Part shown: piece by piece, positions 23,701 to 36,311 of the stretch
How the letters are laid out: every line of letters starts with the position of its first letter
Numbering within the stretch: position 1 is the stretch's first letter
From: Haliotis rubra
Taxonomy: Eukaryota
Length of the DNA: 64,000 nt
Direction of reading: 5' to 3'
Assembly: GCF_003918875.1 (NCBI RefSeq)
Contig: NW_025766968.1
Span: 5,270,001-5,334,000 of the forward strand
Translations under genes and position numbers: made by a program
Notes under the pieces: generated by a model
Seen by the model: the letters and a program-made list of their open reading frames with translations, nothing else
The model's database searches: none
Told to the model about the DNA's origin: nothing

Positions 23701-26700
23701 CTGTTTATGTAGAACGCCACTGTGGAGTTGTCCGTGTGTACTGTTAGATGAGCATTCTTGAAAATGCTGGTCCAGTGGAGTATGGCGTTTATCACTGCTT
23801 TCATTTCCAGCATGTTGATGTGCAGATCTTTCTCGTCTATTGTCCATTTCCCAGCTGACACTTCGTTGTCGAGGTGTGCTCCCCAGCCTTGGAGCGATGC
23901 GTCCACATAGAGATGCGTCTTGCACTCCGGCTCTGCTAAGTAGGTGCCTCCGCAAACATTCGATCTCTGAGTCCACCATAGTAGATATGGTTTTAGTCTG
24001 TCCGGGAGTCCGAAGGAGTCCGGATCGTCAAGATGTACATTCACGAAGACCTGTAGTGGGCGTAGTTGTAATCTCCCTCTGCGCGACATATCTTGTGCTG
24101 ATGTGAGGAGACCCAACAGGCTCTGCCACTGTCGTAGTGGCCACGGAGAGAGTAGAGCTTGCGATACCATCTGTTGTATTTTGAGCCAACGGTCCTCTGG
24201 TACTGTTATGCGGTTTTCTGTTGTGATGAGCCGAATTCCTAGGAACTGCAGGTCCTGTGTAGGCTCTAGTTCCGACTTGAGGAGATTCACTAGCCACCCT
24301 AGTTGTGTGAGAAGCCTGATGGTAAAGTCCAGCTGTAGTCTGAGATGATTGGGATCTTGATGAGCTTGAGGTCGTAGAGACGCACTGCGTAGACCTCGAT
24401 GATGTAGGTATGTGACTATGGGCTTCGTCACTCTTGTAAACAACCAGGGGGCCGATGATATTCCAAATGGCAGGACTTTCCATTGGTAGTGTCGTCCGTC
24501 TAGTACGAACCTCAGGTACTTCCTTGATTCCGGATGTATAGGAATATGCAGGTATGCGTCCTGTAGATCTATGCTGGCCATGTGGTCCAACGGACGGACG
24601 AGATGTAGTAGTTGTGGTAGATGAATCATGCTGAACTTTTGTGGTTTGCATAGATAATCTCTGTTGAATGTCCTCATGTTGTAGATGAGTCGGAACTTTT
24701 CTTTGGAGTTTTTCTTTGGTATGAGGAAAACTGGGGAGTAGAATCCTGGTGAGATTTGGTCGTGGTTTATCACTTCTATGGCGTCCTTCTCTAGTAGAGA
24801 TGTGACCGCTTCTTGTAGCCTCTCTGTCCGCTGGGTTGCAAAGTTGAACCTCTGAGGTGCATTTGTTAGTGGAGGGGCTGCTTGTAGTTGTATGTGATAT
24901 CCGTCTCTTAGGATGTTGGTTACAAAAGGATCCTGAAGAATTCCCCAGTTCTCCCAGTAGTGTTGTAGACGTCCACCCACTTGGGAAGGTTGCACAGGAA
25001 CGGCTGGGGGTGGAAGACTCCAGTCGTTCCGAACCCGCCTTTCATCGTCTATAGCCTCTGGCGCCTCTGGGTGCCCTGCCTCGTCCGGATCGTCCTCTGT
25101 AGTTGCCGGATGGGCGACGAAAAGAGTCCTTTCCTCCTTTGGAGGTCCCCATTTTCTTTTCTCTTGCTTTCTGGTTGCCTGCAAATTTGGATTTGCCCGA
25201 GTAGCGTTGGGACGTCTTCCTGATGACACTGGCTAGTGTATCGATGGACTTTATCATCAGGACCTCCCTTGATTCCTTCGTGACTTCCTTGGCGACCTCG
25301 TCAATCTCCTCTGCGAAGATGGATGTTGTAGACCATGGAGCTCTGTACAGCGCCTTAGTGAAGCGTTCGCTCCAGTTGCATGACGACAATAGTCCTTGTC
25401 TTCTAGCTAGCGTCAGCGCTGCTGATATGGATGATAGGTGCTCCGACATAAATTGGTGGTCCTTCTTCTGCGTTAGTAGGGCAGAATAAATCATCCGATC
25501 TTCCTCTGCAGTAGAGTTCTTAAACTTGGTGATCAGCGTCTCATTAACTGCCCTGGATCTGTTAAGTCCGAAGAAAATCCTTCTGGTCATAGTGTCTATC
25601 TGTGCCAGCTTTTTGTCCTCAATCTTGTAAGATTTGGTCCGGGAGTCGTTGATGATTTTATAGTTCTCATCTATTTCTTGCGCCTTCCTGAAGGGGTCCA
25701 TGTTGTGTAGTGAGAACTTCTTTGCGTTGAACTGTGGGATATTAGGAGCCTGGAACTTCGTTGCCTTCCTGAAGGCTGCGTCTAAGTCCTCCGGTACTTC
25801 CGAGATGGGATCAATTGGTGGTAGAGTGGTCGTGTCCACATCATCATCCTTCATTAGGTACGTGAGTGCCTCATTCTCTTCCTTAGAGGGTGACGCTAAG
25901 TCCAGTCCATTAGCCATCCAATATTTTATCTCTGAGTCCGAGAATATGATACCGCCATCGTCTTATCATGTTCACTGGCATAAGATCGTTGATCATCCTC
26001 AGTTGGGGATCTGCGTGGGGATCTGCGTGGAGACCTGTGTGGCGATCTACGTGGCGACCTGCGTGGGGATGAGCATGCTGAACTACGTGTAGTTCTAGGC
26101 GACGATCTGTAAGGCGACCTGCGTGTAGGTGAGCGTCTTTTAGTCCTGGATTGCCTTCCTGACGATCTTGTTGACCCTGTTGACGATATTGTAGATGACC
26201 TTCGCGCAGGTGAGAGATTCTGTTGAGGGTCTGAGTCCCGAGATGTCTCTCTCGACCTTCTAGGTGGTGTAGGTTTCCTTCTCTGTGAAGTGGGTAGCCT
26301 GCGTGAAGGTTCTTTGTTAGTCTCATCCTCTGATGACGATCTGATTGGTTCTGAAGAGCGTGCCGTCCTGCGCGCAGGCTTGCTGACGTCATGTAGCATA
26401 GATCTGCTCTTGGTCCTAGAGCTAGATTCACTGGTAGGCCTCTCAGATGTATCATCAGTGTGGGGTCGTTCGTGCAGGTCTGCATCCTCTCTCAGGTTGA
26501 TGACTTGAGCATGAGAGCCGCCTGGCTGTCCATCATGCGATGCTCTTTCCTGTGCAAAGTGCTTCTCCATCATCTCCATCATCTGTTGAGAGAATTGCTG
26601 CATGAAGGCCCCTGGGTTGAATGTCTGCGGCGATTGTAGAGATGTCGTCTCTGCGATGGTAGCGATATGGTCCAGGGATCGCTTATCTGCCGTCAGTGCA

Positions 26701-29700
26701 GACTCGGACTGCGTAGATAAGGCTGCTGACGTAACCGTTGCTGAGGGCTGCTTCCTTTTCTTATGCTGTATCTTTGGGTTGATCAACAGCGGTTCATCGT
26801 AGAGTCCTCTCTCTGCCATCGGGACGATCTCGGACGCAAAGGTCCTCGTCATCTGCGAAGAAGTCCCCGTAGAGCTGCTTGAAATCTTAGAGGTGTGAGG
26901 CTTTCTCTGCGTTGAAGATGGCCTCTTCTTCTTCGCCTGGGTTGAGGAGTTGTCCGAAGAAGAAGACCTTCTCTTCGTTGATATGGCGGACAACGTCCCA
27001 CGCCCATCTTCCGAGGACATCTCCGGCAGGTCACTGGACGGCAGCATGTTGTCGGACAACGATGGACAGCTCTGGATGGCCTCAGCCGATTTATCCATGA
27101 CTTGTAAAAATCGACGGGATTTATCATTAGCACGCCTAAGTACAGAGAAATAATAATTATTAAATTGAATTTGTGTTAATTGCAGACAAAAGTTTTACAG
27201 CGAGAGCTGGAAGTACATATTGTAGTGCAGCTAGGGCACAGTAGATGCGGGTCTGCAGCAGATAACCTAAACCTACAACGAAAACAGGTTTTCATGAAAT
27301 GTAAACAACTGAACAATCACGTAAAATACGTGAATAAACAGTCAAATTACGAATAAATTTCAAACCATATTGTAGAAGGATACTCCCTAAAGCCTTATAA
27401 AGGTATATTACAGGGAAATAACTAATTAATCAAAGGATATAGTGCCGTATTGGAGACACAGGCGCTCTCCCAACCATCCACTAGGGCGAAGAAGGAGAGA
27501 GTGAAGCGTGGGAAGACAGGTGGCTGTTTTGCCCGCCAAAACCAGAGGGACATAACTCATGGTGAGTAGTGATTTTATGTCTGCTCTTTTGAAAGGGAGC
27601 TTCAAAAAGGAGATACAAGTGTTCCACTAACGTTCGCGAAAGGAAGGAGACAAGCAATAATACATGAGTCAGGATAAGGAAAAATTATATTTTTCTTAAC
27701 AAGATATGAAGGAGGGGGTATTTCAGAAGCCATGTTTATGCTAAAAGCTACTTATATTCAAAACAAATAACAAATCAATAAATGAGTACAAATACAAATA
27801 ACAGTCCAAACCTGTTGCTTAAAGGTGAGTCCAGAGAAGTCGACAAGCTCCACACTGGCAATGTTGGATATAGCCTTTACCAGTTCTCCTTCATTCAGGA
27901 TTCTGCGACGGTTGGTTCTGAAATAATGAATTTCATGATACACCAGCTCAAGATGCATCGTCTGTCTGTTCTGCTGTATCGCAGTAAAAATTATATATTG
28001 AGTAATCACATAAAATAACTAAGCCAGGCCGGCGGTGTAGCCTAGCGGTCAAAGCGTTTGCTTGTCATGCCCAAAACCGGGTTCAATTCCCTACATGGGC
28101 ACGATGTGTGAAGCCCATTTCTGGTGTTCCCTGCGGTGATATTGCTGGAATATACCATATTTTCTAGTGTACAATCACAGTGTGGCATGATGATGCTTGC
28201 TGCAGCCTGATGACGTTGACAAGGCCAACATCAATCTCAACAATACATTACACTATAGGATTTATTGAATATTGATGAGAGTTGTTTCATAAAGTGTTTA
28301 AATGATCTTCACATCACATCATTTGCCTTAGTCCTAATAAATATTTTACATTTAACTTAGACTTATTCATTCAATCATTAAAACAATACTAACCTCTGAC
28401 ATGTACAAGTGTTTATAGAAATGAAATAAGCTTTTTTTCAAGGTTATGTTATTATAAATGAAATGTAAGTGATTCAGTAGTATTTGAATGTCTAACCTAG
28501 CCAATAAACCTAAACACAAACACAGCTACGACGTGTCCATTCCACAGTAGATGACTTCCACAGGGTATTGCAGTACTGCCTTAATGATGTCACTCATTAT
28601 GTATCATTTACCCTGTGACTTGATGACAGACAGATTACCTCTTGATAATACCAACTTTATCCTTTGTGACTTGATGACTGACAGATTACCTCTTGATAAT
28701 ACCGACTTTATCCTTTGTGACTTCATGAGTGAGAGATTACCTCTTGATAATACAGACTTTATCCTTTGTGACTTGATGACAGACAGATTACCTCTTGATA
28801 ATACCAACTTTATCCTTTGTAACTTGATGACAGACAGATAACCTCTTGATAATAGCGACTATCCTTTGTGACTTGATGACAGACATATTACCTCTTGATA
28901 ATACCAACTTTATCCTTTGTAACTTGATGACAGACAGATAACCTCTTGATAATAGGGACTATCCTTTGTGACTTGATGACAGACATATTACCTCTTGATA
29001 ATACCAAATTTATCCTTTGTAACTTGATGACAGACTGATTACCTCTTGATAATACCGACTTTATCCTTTGTGACTTGATGACAGACAGATAACCTCTTGA
29101 TAATAGCGACTTTATCCTTTGTGACTTGATGACTGACAGATTACCTCTTGATAATACCGACTTTATCCTTTGTGACTTGATGACTGAGAGATTACCTCTT
29201 GATAATACCGACTTTATCCTTTGTGACTTGATGACTGACAGATTACCTCTTGATAATACTGACTTTATCCTTTGTGACTTGAAGAGTTAGAGATTACCTC
29301 TTGATAATACTGACTTTATCCTTTGTGACTTGATGACAGACAGATTACCTCTTGATAATAGCGACTTTATCCTTTGTGACTTGATGACTGACAGATTACC
29401 TCTTGATAATACCAACTTTATCCTTTGTGACCTTTGTGAATGACAGATTACCTCTTGATAATAGCGACTTTATCCTTTGTGACTTGATGACAGACATGAT
29501 TTACCTCTTGATAATAGCGACTTTATCCTTTGTGACTTGATGACAGACAGATTACCTCTTGATAATAGCCTTTTGTGACTTGATGACAGAGACTTGATGA
29601 GACTGATGAGTGAGAGATTACCTCTTGATAATACAGACTTTATCCTTTGTGACTTGATGACTTAGATTACCTCTTGATAAAACCAACTTTATCCTTTGTG

Positions 29701-32700
29701 ACTTGATGACTTTATCCCTTTGTGACTTGAGATTACCTCTTGATAATACCTCTTGACTTTTATCCTTTGTGACTTGATGACTTGAGAGAGATTACCTCTT
29801 GATAATACCGACTTTATCCTTTGTGACTTGATGACAGACAGATTACCTCTTGATAATAGCTGTGACTTGATGACCTTACCTCTTGATACTATCCTTGACT
29901 TGATGACTGAGATATCTTGATAATAGCCTTTTGATCCAACTCTTATAATAGCCTTTGTGACTTGATGACTGAGAGAGATATTACCTCTTGATGACTGAGA
30001 GATTACCTCTTGATAATACCAACTTTATCCTTTGTGACTTGATGACAGACAGATTACCTCTTGATAATAGCGACTTTATCCTTTGTGACTTGATGACAGA
30101 CAGATAACCTCTTGATAATAGCGACTATCCTTTGTGACTTGATGACAGACAGATAACCTCTTGATAATAGCGACTATCCTTTGTGACTTGATGACTGAGA
30201 GATTACCTCTTGATAATACCGACTTTATCCTTTGTGACTTGATGACAGACAGATTACCTCTTGATAATAGCGACTATCCTTTGTGACTTGATGACTGAGA
30301 TTACCTCTTGATAATAGCGACTATCCTGAGAGATTACCTCTTGATAATACCGACTTTATCCTTTGTGACTTGATGACTGAGAGATTACCTCTTGATAATA
30401 CCAACTTTATCCTTTGTGACTTGATGACTGAGAGATTACCTCTTGATAATACCAACTTTATCCTTTGTGACTTGATGACAGACAGATTACCTCTTGATAA
30501 TAGCGACTATCCTTTGTGACTTGATGACAGACAGATAACCTCTTGATAATAACGACTATCCTTTGTGACTTGATGACAGACAGATCCTTTGATGACTTGA
30601 TCCTTTGACTTGATGACAGATTACCTCTTGATAATACCGACTTTATCCTTTGTGACTTGATGACAGACAGATTACCTCTTGATAATACCGACTTTATCCT
30701 TTGTGACTTGATGACTGACAGATTACCTCTTGATAATACCCTTTGACTTCTTGATAATAGCGACTCCTTTGTGACTTGATGACTGACTTGATGACAGATT
30801 ACCTCTTGATAATACCTCTTGATAATACCGACTTTATCCTTTGTGACTTGATGACAGACAGATTACCTCTTGATAATACCGACTTTATCCTTTGTGACTT
30901 GATGACAGAGAGATTACCTCTTGATAATACCGACTTTATCCTTTGTGACTTGATGACAGACAGATTACCTCTTGATAATACCGACTTTATCCTTTGTGAC
31001 TTGATGACAGATAATACCGATTTTATCCTTTGTGACTCTTGATAATAGCGACTTTATCCTTTGTGACTTGATGACTGAGAGATTACCTCTTGATAATACC
31101 GACTTTATCCTTTGTGACTTGATGACTGAGAGATTACCTCTTGATAATACCGACTTTATCCTTTGTGACTTGCTCATGTCTCACACCAAGCTCCTCCTTG
31201 ATGAACTGGATATAGGGCAGAATGAGTCCTATGTCCCGGCTGGAATACAAGGGTGTCTGCAACACAATACAGCATTATTTCAAATGGACTCATGGGAGTT
31301 TTATATCATTTATATAAAAACTGTTACAATTTTAACATCAGCACCTTGAATTATTCAGTAATAGGAATACATTTTATTAAGTCAGTATTTTATCAATTGT
31401 TTATAGGGCAATATTCATTCCTATTATGACATTATTATTTCAGAATTATTGTATATTTATATGGGCCCCATTCAACAAAGCTATCCTAGCACTATGATGA
31501 CCAAAAAAAGCAGATATTAAAATGTGGGACTTATGGTCACCTAAGCACTATGATCACTTTGTGGAATGGGCCCCTGTACATGGCATGCAATGAAATGCAC
31601 ACATGCAAGAAAGACACTGTAATTGTAATTAAACAATAAAAGTGGTTGAAATTTGTGTGCATAGCTTTACGCTGTTGAGCGCATGTTTAGTCGTGAATAT
31701 TCATCAAATTTAATGGTTAGTTTACTTCATTCAAGTGTGTTACACTAAAACAACAAAATTCTGATTAAATGAAAACCTGTTTTTAACAACTGATAATTAG
31801 TTTTAATCCTTCTTTCGATTGATTTTCTATTATTTTCCATCATCAGAACACCACTAAGATTAACTATTGTCATCAGAATGAATCGGGTGTTCTTCATGTT
31901 CTTATGAGTGGTATACAACCATTATTTTTTCCAACCAGGGCATCATTGATTTGGAAAGTTTCCTTTGACAGTCTGACTCAAAGTAACATGATTTCAATTA
32001 ATAACTGCATTCTGTATTGAGGATAAATCAATCATTCTGAATGTCTACAGCTACAAACTACCTATGTAGGTCTGCAACTGATTAATATAATGATAAACAT
32101 AAACTAGGCTGATCCATAAAAAGTCAAAACTGAATTTCATTATCCATCTGAACAATCATAAACTTCATAAACGTTCTATGGGAGTGAATTCAGTATTGAT
32201 ATTCACAACCTTGTATTGACACAACTCCCATATTAATAATTTACTGCACCAAGACACCGAGATATTTAGATGCAGAATTTCATCCCTAATCAGGGGCAGT
32301 GGGGTAGCCTAGTGGTTAAAGCGTTGGCTCGCCACGCCAAAAACCCGGGTTCGAATCCCCACATGGGTACAATGTGTGAAGCCCATTTCTGGTGTCCCCT
32401 GCCGTGATGTTGCTGGAATATTGCTAAAAGCGGCGTAAAACCAAACTCAGTCAGTCAGTCATCCGTACTCAAGACTGGAGATGACACAACTTGAAGGATA
32501 ATCAACTTCTTCTGTATACCACCAACTTGTAGAATGCCACTCAGACAAAACTAATCCAGACTATACTGTAGCGGACAGAAAATGCTCACTACTACAAAAG
32601 GTATATCATATATCTGGCTCCAGATGGAGATGCAAGTCCCTGAAACCTAGGATCAAAATCGTATTACTGACCCCAAAGTTGATGGACTTGAAGCATATGT

Positions 32701-35700
32701 TGCCATGGTTACTGTGTATCCTGTCATCCAGTGGTAGGAGTGTGTGGGAGGAGGCCAACACCTGCAACATCATCATCACACTGGTCACACAGATTATTAC
32801 TAGGGATGTTATGATTCACCTGCTTATGTGGTGAATTGATCTGTACTCCTTCATGAATTTAATTCCTTATTTATGAACACTGGAATAAAATGTTCATGAA
32901 TATTTATAAAAGAATGTCTTCTATTTGTGGTCACTAGTCATTGTCATGTCAAATCAACAGGGTCAAAACATATCAAATAACATATTTTGCTGTTATCTGA
33001 CTGAATATAAGTATTCGTTACCTTATACTTGTGTTACGTATCATATTCACCTTATACAGGGATACACTGCAGCCCTAATTATTATTAGTTTTATCATGGC
33101 GTATCTGTAAGAGAAAATCCTGGCTTCAGGTCTTAACTATTTATGATTTTGGTAAAACCCACGAGTATGAATGTGTCAAGTGTTCCTGACATTGTCAGTA
33201 ATTCACAGCTTTGTATACTCTAGATTCCTCCATCATCTGAGAACACACATAGCTGTTTAGCAGTGTAGTCACTAATTTTAACCAGATTCCAGTGAGAGGG
33301 ATCCTGCAGGTATTAATACCGACAAGCACTCAGGTTTACTGGTTACCATAAGGGTCTTTCATTAATTGCCCGACCAAGTAGGGCAGTTGAAAAGACCAAG
33401 GGCTTCTGCAAATGATAATGCCCTGAAAAATAGCATTACCGTTCTTATAGCTAAAATGGATAGAATTTTTTATAAAATAAACACAAACAATTAGGGGTGG
33501 GTATTGCAGAGAATATTCATATTGCGATATATTGCGATGCGAAAGCATGTATTGCGATATGTATTGCAATATATTGCATGAAGTATTTTTAAACAAAAAA
33601 CTACTTATAATCGAGTTACTGCTTGATTTATAGAGCAAAAACACAACAAAATCACTATGCTTTGATTAAGCTTTAATAACAAAATGTTAATCATGATAAA
33701 ATAAAAATGTGAATAATATTTGGCACAAATAAAACAAGGAAATATCCGAAGAATTCCGAGTGTTACGATGTTTTCCGAATACAAGTCAAAATACCGGTTT
33801 TCGATCAGCGTATCGCAATACGTATCGTTTTCATGTCTGAACCGGTTATATTGCGCAGCCCTACAAACAATGGCATTGGTTTTGAAGCATTTATTGCTAA
33901 CAACAAACGACGGAGGTCACTGACACACTTTTTTACAATATGGAAACGTCATAGAACAAAACAGATGACATCACTATTGTCAGTGACGACATTCGACCTT
34001 GACCTTTGCCCATACTACCAGCTGCCATTTGTTTCATTGCTCAACAAGGTTAAAGTTCCAGTCAATGTTTTCATTGCTGCATGTTGTAATTTATGGTACA
34101 ATTGTTAAGGTTGGCACCAGCAAGAGAGAGCATAATGACACAGGTACATGTGACAAATGTGAATCAGAAATATCGTCAAGATTGAACCCAATTTCAAACG
34201 AGCCGTATGTGATTGAACATCAACAGCTGAGCTCCTTATGACGTCACCTAACAACAGGTATGATAATGGCCTGTCGTCAAGCAATATGGGGGCATTATCA
34301 AGTTATTTCGCTCATTTCTGATAAAATACATGCGCTTTCATGATAATTCTATCCATTTTCACTATAAATTGCCATGGAAGGGTTTTCACAAGGTACAATT
34401 CATGACTTATATCCATTAGTGACTGAATGCTACATATTCTACTACACAGAATATCTATCCAGATATTAATCATTGTGGAAGAACTTTGTGAAATGCAAAT
34501 CTATGAAGAAGTGATGATGATTCCTTTGGAATCATTATGAAAAAAACTCCACTCACCTTCAGCATTTGGTACCAGTACTTGGATTCATCCTGGAATGCCT
34601 GTGTCTCCCAGTACATAGCCTATATAAACACAGGGAATAGTAGGATCTCATATGCATCACACTTACGAATACATCTCAAAATCATTAAACTGTACTAAAC
34701 AATAAACTGCATAATTATGAAAATCTCAGAATAAAAAGAAAAGTTATATGAACATTGTGACTATTATGACTACTATCAACATCAGACATGAGAACGGCAA
34801 AGCACAAAAACACTGGAAATTTAGCTGAGGGTCTTGGGCCCGGTCTTTTATTGCAGATTTACATCCATCTCAAAAACGTTCAAAATGAAACAAAAATCCC
34901 GGAAATCTGTGGATCCGCGGGCTAATTCTCATGTCTGCAACATATGTACTACTAGGGCTGCAATGATTCCAGACCCAGACCTCGATTCGATTTGATTTTT
35001 GATATTGGACCCGCTATTCGATCATTTTCGATACGATACTTCATACAAGTAAAAATGTCATATGTCATTTAACTCTGAGTTTATTAAACAAAACATATCG
35101 CACTGAAAACCTTTTCCAAGATTTGACTAGGAAATCAGGAATGTAAATGATGTTACCTTTTTCATACAAATAAAATATGATGTTTAAACACAGAACAGCA
35201 CTCAAATATCGAATCGAAATAGTGATAATGGTTATCGAAAATTGAAGCCAAGGTGTCAAATTACATTTTCGATGAATCGAGCTGAATCATTGCAGCCCTA
35301 ATATGTACACAAAGTGTCAAGAAGAAACATATGCTTTGTAAATTGAATGTAAAAGATGGATAGAGGCAATGTATGAAATAAGCCAAAAATCCAGCCAGAC
35401 ATCAGGACTGGTAACTTCAAAATGTTACCAGCCCAAAATGGATTTAACCAGACCAAATATGGTGAATTTACTCAGATGTATGGAACATCTAAAGATTTTA
35501 CCACACCATCGGGCTGGCTAACTGTAAATTTAGACCATCCATCAGAAATCTAGACCATCTCGGACAGGCTTTATGTCATACACTGATAGCAGGTCTTTCT
35601 AGATCTAGTACTTATTTGGGCTTGGGATAATAATCTTAATCTTAACACCAGCTCGAATTTCCAAATGAGACTGAATAATCAATGCAATTATTTCAAAACA

Positions 35701-36311
35701 TCAACTACTGCAATCCAACATCAAATACAATAACTCATCTATTTGGAGAATTATTATTTACTTGAATACTGCCAAAGTGGCGTAAAAAGCGTACTCGTTA
35801 TCACACACTAGACCCCATTTTACTTTAGGATACTAATCCCAACACTTACTTGTAAACGAACTGACTCGACTGAGGGCATGAGCACAATCTTCTTCCCCTT
35901 GTCCTTATTACGCAGCTCAGAAAACAAGGGAATCATCATGTCGTAATGGAGATGGAAGTAGTTACTGCCAAAGTAGAAGTACATCGTAAACACATACCCT
36001 TCGTCGTATGTCTTATCACAGGTCATTGAGTCCGACTGATCATCGGGGCGAACGGACCATATTCCTGCCGCTGCTCCACAAGAACTGTCGTAAGTGTTCA
36101 GGGAAGAAGGATCTTGCTTGTACTTAAACACTTTGTCTTTGGCATCGAGAAGGACATGCGACATCTTGCAGAACACTGGGGGGTAGTGACCCCGCCCGGG
36201 GGAAATGCTGGAGGTCGGCCATGTTGCTGTACACAGGTTTGTGAATATGGTAATGAAGAATATTGCTTTGGGTGCCAGCAGCTTGGATAATTCCTGATTG
36301 TCGTTGGCCAT
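17798..36311 (-). CDS. Glycosyltransferase family 61 protein (EOGT/POMGNT2-like), 6 coding exons, about 389 aa, C-terminal KTEL
   Basis: Exons 36311-35850, 34619-34557, 32761-32672, 31256-31138, 27917-27812 and 18127-17798 join in frame (1170 nt). N-terminal hydrophobic segment; NYFHLHYDMMIPLF, RRILNEGEL, LTFKQQV and VGMNGAGLMNGLFL..GAVTVQLVP are GT61-type motifs. Confidence 0.88.
18719..19520. mobile_element. Helentron/Helitron-type non-autonomous element carrying about 170-bp internal tandem repeats
   Basis: Unit aacttgttgccatggaaa... recurs at 18901, 19070 and 19241, with partial copies at about 19406 and 19459. The end aacaagaagacaaagtcatcaatatccccc has an inverted homologue at about 46760-46790. 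Family assignment is an inference. Confidence 0.55.
19627..19718 (+). mobile_element. SINE family A, 3'-truncated
   Basis: tRNA-like head only. Confidence 0.8.
19755..21281 (+). mobile_element. Tc1-like DNA transposon (DD34E), decayed transposase
   Basis: TIRs TACTAAGCAGCAAAAGAAACGTCAGT and ACTGACGGTTTTTTTGCTGCTGAGTA with TA on the left. Fragments VLFTDESR, IMVWGGIG, FQHDNARAH and WPALSPDLNPIEHLW, with 34 residues between D and E. Stops and frameshifts present. Confidence 0.92.
22062..23190 (-). pseudogene. DIRS tyrosine recombinase, frameshifted
   Basis: Fragments LIALATAARMSEIHAL, LCPVRALKVY, HEIRALAST and WKSDMVFANHY supply the R-H-x-x-R-W-Y catalytic residues. Confidence 0.88.
22842..25229 (-). 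CDS. DIRS pol: reverse transcriptase, RNase H and N6-adenine methyltransferase-like domain (RT YxDD absent)
   Basis: VGGRL, GFYSPVFLIPKK, DLQDAYLHIPI, LPFGISSAP, VDASLQGWG, HINMLEM, TDNSTV, HIPGAKNVIADALS, DLFATRFN, YTFPP. Confidence 0.9.
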   Translation of the reverse strand: MSSGRRPNATRANPNLQATRKQEKRKWGPPKEERTLFVAHPATTEDDPDEAGHPEAPEAIDDERRVRNDWSLPPPAVPVQPSQVGGRLQHYWENWGILQDPFVTNILRDGYHIQLQAAPPLTNAPQRFNFATQRTERLQEAVTSLLEKDAIEVINHDQISPGFYSPVFLIPKKNSKEKFRLIYNMRTFNRDYLCKPQKFSMIHLPQLLHLVRPLDHMASIDLQDAYLHIPIHPESRKYLRFVLDGRHYQWKVLPFGISSAPWLFTRVTKPIVTYLHHRGLRSASLRPQAHQDPNHLRLQLDFTIRLLTQLGWLVNLLKSELEPTQDLQFLGIRLITTENRITVPEDRWLKIQQMVSQALLSPWPLRQWQSLLGLLTSAQDMSRRGRLQLRPLQVFVNVHLDDPDSFGLPDRLKPYLLWWTQRSNVCGGTYLAEPECKTHLYVDASLQGWGAHLDNEVSAGKWTIDEKDLHINMLEMKAVINAILHWTSIFKNAHLTVHTDNSTVAFYINRQGSTRSANLLNLCFQLFSIIDNLNIHIKACHIPGAKNVIADALSQPTQPSPTEWMLHPEIFKQIIQEIGAPLIDLFATRFNNQLVTFVSPIPDPRAWATDALSISWEGLNAYTFPPPALIPKVLQKIIQTKNLQLILVASYWPARIWFPILIQELGPPQLQLPEWTELASTSTHKASTRQPTGVPATRVERIKACLNKRGYSARAAKAVTLALRKSTRNLYDDKWRSFETYALKTGFTAIKADTPSSGGLSLSPKTNEAVERVNTLNIPSGIELSYYYEDECKTD
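25042..27098 (-). pseudogene. DIRS gag-like ORF1, split into 27098-25926 and 25917-25042 by a probable frameshift
   Basis: S/R-rich (RRSP)n region followed by the DIRS gag-like segment ...LTLARRQGLL...APWSTTSIF. It is the first ORF in the element. Confidence 0.75.
28025..28152 (+). mobile_element. SINE family A copy
   Basis: Consensus match, tail truncated. Confidence 0.78.
28614..31172. repeat. 51-bp minisatellite (about 50 copies) built from a GT61 exon end plus its splice donor
   Basis: Unit cttgatgacagacagattacctcttgataataccgactttatcctttgtga. Confidence 0.97.
32292..32461 (+). mobile_element. SINE family A copy
   Basis: Consensus match. Confidence 0.85.
33492..33862. mobile_element. 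hAT-like MITE (TAGGG...CCCTA)
   Basis: Termini plus subterminal tattgcgat repeats. Confidence 0.6.
34953..35299. mobile_element. hAT-like MITE
   Basis: TIR tagggctgcaatgattc / gaatcattgcagcccta, with atatgtac near both flanks. Confidence 0.7.

Larger units (their letters stand above)
21282..27685 (-). mobile_element. Full-length DIRS1-type tyrosine-recombinase retrotransposon (degenerate ORFs)
   Basis: Inverted terminal repeats at about 21282-21500 and 27494-27685. Internal complementary region 21574-21658 matches both termini. Carries gag, RT/RNase H/MTase and YR ORFs. No TSD. Confidence 0.95.

Noticed and set aside
23191-24651. Extra 262-aa and 207-aa ORFs overlapping DIRS pol
   Set aside because: No motifs. 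Long overlapping frames leading into the YR ORF are normal for DIRS1 and are not separate genes.
28551-31349. CRISPR-like array, repeat ORFs or hammerhead retrozyme
   Set aside because: Head-to-tail repeats with no unique spacers, eukaryotic context and no CTGATGA...GAAA core. The unit is explained by the exon-intron junction.
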